From an uncultured Candidatus Saccharibacteria bacterium (GTDB taxonomy: Bacteria > Patescibacteriota > Saccharimonadia > Saccharimonadales > Saccharimonadaceae): a DNA stretch of 64,000 nt. The stretch lies in contig CAUUYA010000004.1 of assembly GCA_963549275.1 (NCBI GenBank), positions 37,697-101,696 of the forward strand. The letters run 5' to 3'. The notes beneath the pieces are model-generated. The model saw only the letters and a list, made by a program, of their open reading frames with translations. It was not told the origin of the DNA and did no database searches. Position 1 is the stretch's first letter. Every line of letters starts with the position of its first letter. A program made the translations under genes and the position numbers. Shown one piece after another: positions 47,675 through 55,308 of this stretch.

Positions 47675-49537
47675 TTATAACGACTGATATTCTCCGCAGG
47701 CTGCGCACCACGAGGTTACTTTTGTTATCAACTCGTTTAGTTTTTCAGCAGAGTTTTTGTCTCCGTAGGCAATATACCTCAGATCAATTGTTAGCGCCAA
47801 CCGTTGTTTTTGAAGCTCGGCTGGAAGTTCATTGCCAAAAGATTCCATATAAGCTACAAGATTCTCCACCTCTGTGTAAAAAGCTCGTTCGCGCTTGGCA
47901 GCCTCTTCTTGTTTTTGTTGTTCAGCACGGATTTGGCTAGCTTTTTCACGCACCTCCTCTGGCGAAACAATCACAAGACTTGTCCAGGTTTCGTAACCGA
48001 TGGATTCCTTCTTCTCTACTTGGCACATAATTTGCTGCCCGCTCGGTATTTCAAAAGCTTCCGGATCTATATCAAGAATATTATCGACATTAACTGTTCT
48101 GTAGCTGAAATACGGGCCCGTGTATTTTTCGTTTCTTTGATATTCTACCTCTAGTTTTTCATCGCCGCTCGTGACGTAATCAGGGTAGAGACGATTAATA
48201 TCGTCAACAGTCTCTTGCCCGCAAGATTCTGCGGCAGTAAAGCTAGCAACTCCTTCAGCAATCTCGCTGATTCTGCGAAGTTCGCCGTTTTCATCTGTCA
48301 AACCGACTGCCGCGAGATGCTCGGCAATCCGCGTTTCCAAATCTTCATCACTGAATTCTCTAAACGGTTGACCCGACTTTCTGGTAAGCCTCGCCAAATA
48401 GGTATTGGTACGACCCATGAGCCTTGTCCTATTATTTTTTGCGATGTATTCTACGACGAAATTAGCCATTTCCTCGCTAGGCTCAGCTGCAATCCGTTGT
48501 TCGCCCAACTGGAGCAATCCGTTGTCCAACACGGATTCTACTAACCTAACCGGCTTATCGTCGCTGCCTACCACAAAACCTCTGTCTTCATCAGCAAACA
48601 GCTGCGGAGCAACCTCCCGCAGGTCGCTTAATTTAACATTGGTGATACCTTTTAGAACTGGTATTTTAGCCTCTTTACCATTCTGTCGAAAACATATATC
48701 CTCTGGATCAGCCACCACCAGCTGGCCCATTTTAATCAGCGATCGCTGACTCCGTTTTCTTTCTTCGCCTTCACTATTGCGATAAAGCCTGCCTTTATCT
48801 GTATCTACTAACCTACGAGTATCTACAGCAAAAACTTCAGATCGCCACTTATAGCTAGGCACCAAATCCCTAATATTCATCTGGTGCCATAATTTATCGG
48901 CGCTACCCGCTATTATACATTTCACTATTTGTTGGCGCTCTTCATCAGATGGAAGCGTTAAGTCGCATTCAGTTAACCCTTGCTGATTTTTCAAGCGGCG
49001 CAATTCGCGCTTAACCTTACCAGGAACGCCTGGCCGTATATCGTATCCGAGCGGTTCTTCTCTCGGCATATTTTGTATAGACGCCAGTACTTCTAGCTGT
49101 TTCAACCAATCGGAATCATTATGTTCTGAATCTATTAGATTTCTCCAGCGTTCCTTGCATGGTCTCTTCTTGCTGCCGTACACGACCAAGTCTGCCGGTG
49201 TTTTCTGCAAGGCTACTATAGCGGCAACTTGTGTTCGCACTGTTTCAGGGAAACGTTCTGCCTCGACCAGCATACGAGCGTGCTCAGGACTTTCATCGGC
49301 GAATTGTTCCATCCGGCGGCCAATTTCTGTCAATTCGCCATTTTCGTCTAGGGCGCCGAGGCGCTGTAATTTTTCTGCCGGCACGTCGTCTCTAGTGTGA
49401 TCCAGTACAGCCGCGCTAGCTACTGTGTCGTCCGGGTTTGTGCCATCGCTAGATTCTTGTGCAGCCACCCCAGAATCGGGACGCCTAGGAGCGCCAAACA
49501 AATCTCCTGGAGTTGGCATTTTTCTTCTTCCACTCAT
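47675..49537 (-). CDS. Protein with a DEAH-helicase-associated (HA2/OB-like) region but no RecA motor domains
   Basis: 'EKLQRLGALDENGELTEIGRRMEQF...PEHARMLVEAE...SDWLKQL...IVKCIIAG' resembles the HrpA/HrpB HA2 region; no Walker A or DEAH motif. Confidence 0.7.
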   Translation of the reverse strand: MSGRRKMPTPGDLFGAPRRPDSGVAAQESSDGTNPDDTVASAAVLDHTRDDVPAEKLQRLGALDENGELTEIGRRMEQFADESPEHARMLVEAERFPETVRTQVAAIVALQKTPADLVVYGSKKRPCKERWRNLIDSEHNDSDWLKQLEVLASIQNMPREEPLGYDIRPGVPGKVKRELRRLKNQQGLTECDLTLPSDEERQQIVKCIIAGSADKLWHQMNIRDLVPSYKWRSEVFAVDTRRLVDTDKGRLYRNSEGEERKRSQRSLIKMGQLVVADPEDICFRQNGKEAKIPVLKGITNVKLSDLREVAPQLFADEDRGFVVGSDDKPVRLVESVLDNGLLQLGEQRIAAEPSEEMANFVVEYIAKNNRTRLMGRTNTYLARLTRKSGQPFREFSDEDLETRIAEHLAAVGLTDENGELRRISEIAEGVASFTAAESCGQETVDDINRLYPDYVTSGDEKLEVEYQRNEKYTGPYFSYRTVNVDNILDIDPEAFEIPSGQQIMCQVEKKESIGYETWTSLVIVSPEEVREKASQIRAEQQKQEEAAKRERAFYTEVENLVAYMESFGNELPAELQKQRLALTIDLRYIAYGDKNSAEKLNELITKVTSWCAACGEYQSL

Positions 49538-49564
49538 AGTAAGTTTCTTATCTTTCAGTCTATA

Positions 49565-51007
49565 TTAATTATTGAATTTATTCTGCAGAGCTGCTAATAA
49601 ACTACCCATATCTTGAGAATTTATCTCTGCGTCGCGTTTGGCTTGCGCTTCGTCGTTTAAGTCTTCTGCTGTAAAGCCCCAGCCATCACCAATTGGCGGC
49701 GACTCCCTGCCAGACATACCAGTTGCACCATCCCACTCTTCAGCTATAGATTTCTGGATAGCTTCGATTTGATTAAGCTGCTCTTCGGTGATACCCTGCG
49801 GCGGCTCGTAACGCACGCCAAATTCATGCGGAGCAGCTGTGTAAGCTTTCTCGTGCGTAAGAATCACTACGCCTTCGTTAAGAACTTCCGGGCCCCACGT
49901 TTTATAGTCATCGCGGCGATAGCCAGATTCGCTAGGTTCAACAAGCTCGCCGTCAGGACTTATCACGTAGGCTATGCTTCTACCAGTCATACCATTTGTA
50001 CGCGTAAAAAACGAGAATCTATGCGGTAAATCGTGGCGCGTCTCGCGCTCGCCAGAATGGCTAAGGCCATGAAGCGGCACTATCTGCCATACCTTTTCAT
50101 ACCATTGTTCTGCCAGTCTACCTGCTGATTGGATAATTGCCGAACGCTGTTCTGGCGGCTGAAAACCGCGCTCTGCTTCGTCAAGCCTCGCTAGAATATC
50201 AGCCGCCTGCTCGCGCAGAGATGGATCTCGAATATTATCTATATATTTACCTAATTCTTTGCGTATCGACAAAATTTCTTTCTGCGCCTCAGGAGTAATT
50301 GCTTTTTCTTCCAGTTCTAAGGCCTTGATTCTGATAACTTCGCGGCTAATTCCTTTTGTATATAATTTACCGCTATGCGTTACTTTTCGCTCTGTTTGCA
50401 GCCATCGATTATCGTCATCAGGCAAAACTGCATTGCCGCGACTCAAGCTCGCTTCTGCAGACATATCTATTCCAAATTCTTCGCCGATAGCTTGCCGCAT
50501 ATCTTCTAGCTCGCCGTCGCGCCAACTGATAACCCGGCGGCGGCTGCCATGCGATCTTTCGTGATGCAACCTGTACAAATTATTTATTCTAAGGATTGTC
50601 GCTAAACCCGCCACCGATAATTGGTCAGACACTATCACTAAATTAGGATGTCCCTCATCTTTTTCGTCTTCGTTATAATACCAATCGGCTGGTTTAATAG
50701 TCTGGCGAACTGGACTGTTTTCGCTAGCGTAGCTCAAGAGTCCACCGTAAGGGACAAGTTTCCAATCTACTCGCGGAACACTATCTAATTTATAAGTCAC
50801 TGGATCGCGTACATAATCCGGTTTTACTTCAAATCTTTCATGACGCACTGTAGCCGGATTGCCAACCGCAAAATCTGGCAATTGATATTCGTGAATGTCT
50901 CTAGCTTTTCCATATGCTACGCGCGCAGATTCTTGCTGAAAACCGCTAATATCGCCTAGTAATTCTGGCGTGACGCGGCTTTCTGGATTTAGCCTCTTTG
51001 GGCTCAT
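49565..51007 (-). CDS. Hypothetical protein (~480 aa)
   Basis: Long ORF; start set at ATG 51007 (MSPKRLNPE) just after TATACT; first gene of the three-gene run. Confidence 0.75.
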   Translation of the reverse strand: MSPKRLNPESRVTPELLGDISGFQQESARVAYGKARDIHEYQLPDFAVGNPATVRHERFEVKPDYVRDPVTYKLDSVPRVDWKLVPYGGLLSYASENSPVRQTIKPADWYYNEDEKDEGHPNLVIVSDQLSVAGLATILRINNLYRLHHERSHGSRRRVISWRDGELEDMRQAIGEEFGIDMSAEASLSRGNAVLPDDDNRWLQTERKVTHSGKLYTKGISREVIRIKALELEEKAITPEAQKEILSIRKELGKYIDNIRDPSLREQAADILARLDEAERGFQPPEQRSAIIQSAGRLAEQWYEKVWQIVPLHGLSHSGERETRHDLPHRFSFFTRTNGMTGRSIAYVISPDGELVEPSESGYRRDDYKTWGPEVLNEGVVILTHEKAYTAAPHEFGVRYEPPQGITEEQLNQIEAIQKSIAEEWDGATGMSGRESPPIGDGWGFTAEDLNDEAQAKRDAEINSQDMGSLLAALQNKFNN

Positions 51008-51084
51008 CGTAAGTATACTCCTGTCTCTCGAGCCTTGACTACTCGTTACCGCCGGCCGGATCGGTCGAAGATAATAAACTTTCA

Positions 51085-51119
51085 AGGAATAATCCCCCGC
51101 ATTTTACTGGCGCGGGGGA
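51085..51119 (-). terminator. Terminal hairpin / terminator of structured cassette B
   Basis: Minus strand TCCCCCGC-GCCAGTAAAAT-GCGGGGGA-TTATTCCT. Confidence 0.6.
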
Positions 51120-51337
51120 AGCCAGGTAAGGCAGCGCGGCGCTAACTCGCCAGTGCTGCATGGAAATGGTCCCGAGTTAGCGGGAAGAGATAACAGTGAC
51201 ACGTGATTATAGGTGGCGAACCACTTCACACGTGCTCAACGTTTTTAGCTCTCTCCAGAGCGAACGGATTTTTCGGCCGAAGCCTACTCAATCCGCTATT
51301 TCCCGGTTACTGCCGGTTCAGTTTGACTGGGAAAGGG

Positions 51338-51670
51338 CTAGTCGAGCCGGATCAGCCGCTTAAAGCTGAATCCGATCTCCCCGATCTCCTGCTCGCTCAG
51401 CTGCACCCCATTCGGGATGCGACCATTGAGCTTAAAGACCAGGGCGACCTGACCGACCTGGTGGGTAAAGAGACCCCGGTTGTACGGGATCTCCACCCCC
51501 AGCAGTCGGGTCAGAACGTCGTTCGTCGGCTGGTGGCCAACGAACGACGTAATCTTACCCTTTACCATCTGACGAGCCTCCTCGAGGCTAACCGTCTCGA
51601 GGTCATAAAGCCCGTCCGCGGTGGCGATGCACGAACCGAGCACCGCCACCGGGTGGTTATAAAGCGCCAT
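51338..51670 (-). CDS. DUF1874 / YddF / AcrIII-1 family protein (putative cA4 ring nuclease)
   Basis: MALYNHPVAVLGSCIATADGLYDLETVSLEEARQMVKGKITSFVGHQPTNDVLTRLLGVEIPYNRGLFTHQVGQVALVFKLNGRIPNGVQLSEQEIGEIGFSFKRLIRLD fits the family pattern SxxGHxxT...LLGV.I..NR...GQ.ALxFKL.GR...G..L..EEI..IG; SD AAGGAGGTGA. Confidence 0.85.
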   Translation of the reverse strand: MALYNHPVAVLGSCIATADGLYDLETVSLEEARQMVKGKITSFVGHQPTNDVLTRLLGVEIPYNRGLFTHQVGQVALVFKLNGRIPNGVQLSEQEIGEIGFSFKRLIRLD

Positions 51671-51956
51671 TTCACCTCCTTCGGTGAGCGTGCGTGACTC
51701 TGTAAAGCGCTTTGGGAGCCCCAAAACTGTCATTACAGCGCACAAATGATCGCCATTCCAGCCAGGTGTCGCACCCAGCCAGACTGCCAGCCTCGACATT
51801 TCGAGACCGCTAGTCTGACCAGGGCGATAACCTGCGCTATACTGAACCAGATTCTTCCATTTTAAAGCGCTAGCTTTCTAACGAAAGCCCGTTATGCAGC
51901 GCTATGCTGCCTAGGGCTAGCCGTCTAGCAATCTGCTTTCCGTCCAGCCACTGAAC

Positions 51957-51985
51957 ATAATAGCACACTATTTATTTTATGTCAA
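51957..51985 (-). promoter_or_regulatory. Near-consensus sigma70 promoter of cassette B
   Basis: TTGACA (51985-51980), 17-nt spacer, then TATTAT (51962-51957) with an extended TG. Confidence 0.75.
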
Positions 51986-52090
51986 TACTATTTTATAATA
52001 ATTATTAACAGATTAGCATCTAGTCTGGCTAACCTATAGCCGCGCTTTGCGCAGTGTTATTTTCTAAGCGCGCCATGCTATACTAAGCCT

Positions 52091-52795
52091 ATGACCAAAC
52101 GTATCCTCCTCAAACTCTCCGGCGAGCAACTTCAGGGCGAGTTCGCCAGCGGCTTCGACCCCGCTCGCGCCCGCTGGATCGCCGAACAAATCAAACCAGC
52201 CTTGAATAGCGGCGCCGAAATCGTCATCATGGTTGGCGGCGGCAATTATGTCCGCGGCAACCAAATCATCGGCCACGGCATTCAGCCTGTCTCGGCCCAT
52301 AATATCGGCATGCTCTCTACCCTGATGAACGCCATCGCTCTGGCTGACGTTTTCAACGACGCTGGCTTGCCAACCCGCGCCCTGTCCACCGTCGAAATTA
52401 ATCAATTTATCGACCAATACACCTTTCGCCGCGCCCTCAGCCACATCGAAAAAGGCCGCGTCATCATCGTTGCCTGCGGCACTGGCCGGCCGTTCCTAAC
52501 CACTGACACCGCCGCCCTGAACCTAGCTTTAGAAATGCAGTGCGACGTTGTGATTAAAACAACGAAGGTTGATGGTGTGTACGATAAAGATCCTGCCAAA
52601 TTCCCTGATGCTGCCAAATTTGATCAGCTCAGCTATCACGAAGCCCTGACCAACCCTGACATCACCGTCATGGACAAAGCCGCCATCGGTCTAGCCATGG
52701 ACGAACATATCCCAGTTATCATCTGCGACTTACTCACCGACGGTAATATCGCCCGAGCCGCCCGCGGCGAGACAGTCGGCACGCTAATCAGTTAG
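52091..52795 (+). CDS. pyrH: UMP kinase
   Basis: 'RILLKLSGE', 'VGGGNYVRG', 'GTGRPFLTTDTAA', 'VDGVYDKDP', 'VMDKAA'. Confidence 0.96.
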   Translation: MTKRILLKLSGEQLQGEFASGFDPARARWIAEQIKPALNSGAEIVIMVGGGNYVRGNQIIGHGIQPVSAHNIGMLSTLMNAIALADVFNDAGLPTRALSTVEINQFIDQYTFRRALSHIEKGRVIIVACGTGRPFLTTDTAALNLALEMQCDVVIKTTKVDGVYDKDPAKFPDAAKFDQLSYHEALTNPDITVMDKAAIGLAMDEHIPVIICDLLTDGNIARAARGETVGTLIS

Positions 52796-52831
52796 ATATA
52801 GCCAGTCGCCTCAGCTACCGAAGCTTAAGCG

Positions 52832-53320
52832 CTAATCTTTTTTCTTGTCTAATTTATCAAGCTTAAACAGGTGCACGATTGCATACACCACAAAAGCTAC
52901 CGCCAGCAATGTAATCAACGAGCTAATAAACGCCCCGTACAGAAACTCACCCTTACGCCCGGCAATTTCCAACGTAAATGATGCTGACTGCAGCCCCTTT
53001 TGCGAGCCAACAATCAGCTGCACCAGCGGGTCGATAAATGCCGTCACCATTTTCTTAACTGTGTCGCCAGCCGCCGTACCAATCGCCAAACCGACAGCCA
53101 TACCAACTACACCTTGTTCGCGAATAAAATTGACAAATCCACCCATATGGCTATCTTTGATTACCTCGCGCACGACCTTTTTATCCTTAGCAGACACCGC
53201 CTTCACAACAGCTTTGGCACTGCTGGCAACCGACTTTTTAGCTGGTTTATCGGCAGTAGTTTTTGCCGTTTTAACATTCTTGGCAGTCGACTTTTTCGAC
53301 TCAGTAGATTTTGTTACCAT
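52832..53320 (-). CDS. mscL: Large-conductance mechanosensitive channel with a Lys-rich N-terminal extension
   Basis: 'FVNFIREQGVVGMAVGLAIGTA', 'YGAFISSLITLLAVAFVVY'. Confidence 0.88.
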   Translation of the reverse strand: MVTKSTESKKSTAKNVKTAKTTADKPAKKSVASSAKAVVKAVSAKDKKVVREVIKDSHMGGFVNFIREQGVVGMAVGLAIGTAAGDTVKKMVTAFIDPLVQLIVGSQKGLQSASFTLEIAGRKGEFLYGAFISSLITLLAVAFVVYAIVHLFKLDKLDKKKD

Positions 53321-53443
53321 AAAAACTCCCTTCAACAACAGTATTCACGTAAATTGTACCATTAATAATATCATATAGTTATTGCAGACTTTAATTTACT
53401 ACCGCGCAAATCTACTACCTAGTAAGTTATTCTGCAAATGATT

Positions 53444-55084
53444 TTACAAGCGCTCTGGCGCCGCGATGCCCAAAATCGTCAGCCCCGCCTTCAAGATATC
53501 AGCGTATACCGCCACCAAACCGACACGGTGCGCTTCTTTGTCGCTGCCGACAACTTGGTTTTTCTCGTAGTAGCGGTTGAATTCTTGTGCCAGCTCAAAC
53601 AGGTAGGCGCAGACGTGATGCGGCTCCAAACTTTCGGTGGCGCGGTTAACTGCCTCAGCATATTCGCTCATTTTCCTGACTAGCAGCCGATCTTCGTCAA
53701 ACAATTCCGTTGGGAAAGTAACTGCTTGCTCAGATTTTGCCAAAATTCCTCGCGCCCGAGCGTGCGCGTATTGCAAATAGCTACCGGTGTTACCGGTGAG
53801 ACTCACCGCATCATTGATATCAAATACCACGTCGCTACCGATTTTCACCTTCAAGAATTGATAGCGCAGCGCACCCGCCACCACCTCGTCGGTCGGCTCG
53901 CCGCCAGCCTGTGTGATGGCCTTTTTGAATTCGTTAAACAGCCAGTCAATGGTAATCACCTCACCGGTGCGCGAACTCATCTTGCCGGTCGTTAATTTAA
54001 CCAGGCCAGTCGCATAATTAAACAATTTACCTTTCAATTCTGGAATTGCCAGTTCACTAGCGGCAATCACCCCGCGGAAATACGCCGCCTGCTCTTCGCC
54101 GTTGACCGTGATCGATAAGTCCAGGTTCGGATAATCTTGATGCTTCAGCTGAATCAACCCCATATCGTGCGCACCATACAGCCCGTTGCCGTGCGAACCG
54201 ATGAACACGTTATCAAACGCGCCATACTGGCTGCCCTTGAAAATATACGCACCGTCCGACTTGGTAAAGACCTCTGGGGTTTTTGCTTTGATCAAGGCCT
54301 TGCCTGGCACTTCGGTTTCGCTCTCGACATAGCGCCGCTCAATTGGCACATTACCTAGCCGCGCCACATTGGCGTCAATTTCATCAAAGCTCCAGGCCTT
54401 ACAAATCTCGTACACCTGCTTATATAGCGGATCATCCAGCACAAACGATTGCTTGGCTAGTTCATCAATTTCTGCCCGTGCCTCTGGCGATTCCTTGGCT
54501 GCCCGCGCGCCTTCGACGTACATACGACTCATAAACTCGTTGCGCTTGTCAGCCGGAATGGCGTCTAGCTTGCTGACATCGCCGTCAATTTCGCGAAGAA
54601 TCGCCCACATACTCTTGCCGACATGCGTGCCGACGTCGCCGTGGTAACTCACCCGGTGTACCGCCGCACCATCCACTGCCAGCAAATTCGCCATCGTGTC
54701 CGCCAAAATCGAGTTCAAGGCGTGGCCGATGTGCATGGCTTTAAACGGGTTCGGACAATTGGTCTCAATAACGACCGTCTTGCCTGCACGATTAGTCGCT
54801 GGCCGCACTTTCAGCAACTCCAACACCGCTTGGTCGCTTAACGTCACGTTGATGAAGCCCGGCCCAGCCACACTAACCTCGCTAAACTCCTGGCGGCCGC
54901 GCAGCTCCTCAGCAATCGCCTCGGCAATCTCGCGCGGATTCTTACCCAGCGGCTTGGCTAACTGCAGCGCCACATTCGTCGCAAAGTCGCCGAATTTTGG
55001 ATCGGGGCGCGTTAACTGCACATCAACCTGCTGCTGATACAGTTTGTCAATTATTTTCTCCAGTGTAATAACACAATCAATCAT
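53444..55084 (-). CDS. argS: Arginine--tRNA ligase
   Basis: 'FGDFATNVALQLAK', 'AGPGFIN', 'NPFKAMHIGH', 'KMSSRTG', 'YLQYAHAR'; start codon uncertain. Confidence 0.95.
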   Translation of the reverse strand: MIDCVITLEKIIDKLYQQQVDVQLTRPDPKFGDFATNVALQLAKPLGKNPREIAEAIAEELRGRQEFSEVSVAGPGFINVTLSDQAVLELLKVRPATNRAGKTVVIETNCPNPFKAMHIGHALNSILADTMANLLAVDGAAVHRVSYHGDVGTHVGKSMWAILREIDGDVSKLDAIPADKRNEFMSRMYVEGARAAKESPEARAEIDELAKQSFVLDDPLYKQVYEICKAWSFDEIDANVARLGNVPIERRYVESETEVPGKALIKAKTPEVFTKSDGAYIFKGSQYGAFDNVFIGSHGNGLYGAHDMGLIQLKHQDYPNLDLSITVNGEEQAAYFRGVIAASELAIPELKGKLFNYATGLVKLTTGKMSSRTGEVITIDWLFNEFKKAITQAGGEPTDEVVAGALRYQFLKVKIGSDVVFDINDAVSLTGNTGSYLQYAHARARGILAKSEQAVTFPTELFDEDRLLVRKMSEYAEAVNRATESLEPHHVCAYLFELAQEFNRYYEKNQVVGSDKEAHRVGLVAVYADILKAGLTILGIAAPERL

Positions 55085-55112
55085 AGACCATATTATAACA
55101 CTTTTACTACAG

Positions 55113-55277
55113 TTAATCTTCCGTGCCGTCAAAATCTGGCTGGCGATACACCGATACTGGCGTAATATTACGAGCATGATCCGATTGCAGCACCGCTCGC
55201 AACATCGCTGTATCGTCGCTGCTCTCGTTGTAAGTTGGCTCGAAATCTTCTACTTTTTGTTTTTCTTCTTCTGCCAT
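55113..55277 (-). CDS. Small acidic hypothetical protein (54 aa), not in the ORF track
   Basis: MAEEEKQKVEDFEPTYNESSDDTAMLRAVLQSDHARNITPVSVYRQPDFDGTED*; TTGACA(55312-55307)-17-TAATAT promoter with the ATG 6 nt after the -10 box. Confidence 0.55.
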   Translation of the reverse strand: MAEEEKQKVEDFEPTYNESSDDTAMLRAVLQSDHARNITPVSVYRQPDFDGTED

Positions 55278-55308
55278 ATTCTCATATTAGCATAAGTAGT
55301 ATAATTTG

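Larger units (their letters stand above)
51085..51950 (-). other. Structured cassette B: ~865-nt GC-rich transcript with multibranched UTRs and a hairpin-rich ORF
   Basis: Stems at 51140-51182, 51265-51296 (cUUCGg loop), 51348-51374, 51395-51431, 51449-51514, 51516-51550, 51575-51589, 51619-51651, 51737-51838, 51873-51888, 51887-51917; long-range 10-bp helix 51841-51850 with 51313-51322. Confidence 0.75.

Noticed and set aside
51140..51182. CGCTAAC...GTTAGCG stem resembling an integron attC site
   Set aside because: Only ~43 nt, a poor match to RYYYAAC/GTTRRRY, not repeated after other genes, and no integrase in the window.
51203..51799. Plus-strand 164-aa ORF (51203..51697) and the 153-aa extended start (51799) of the DUF1874 ORF
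   Set aside because: The first is an antisense shadow; the strong SD and family length support the start at 51670.
46292..51985. Island as a prophage, IS or CRISPR array
   Set aside because: No integrase, transposase, phage structural genes, evident target-site duplication or regularly spaced direct repeats.
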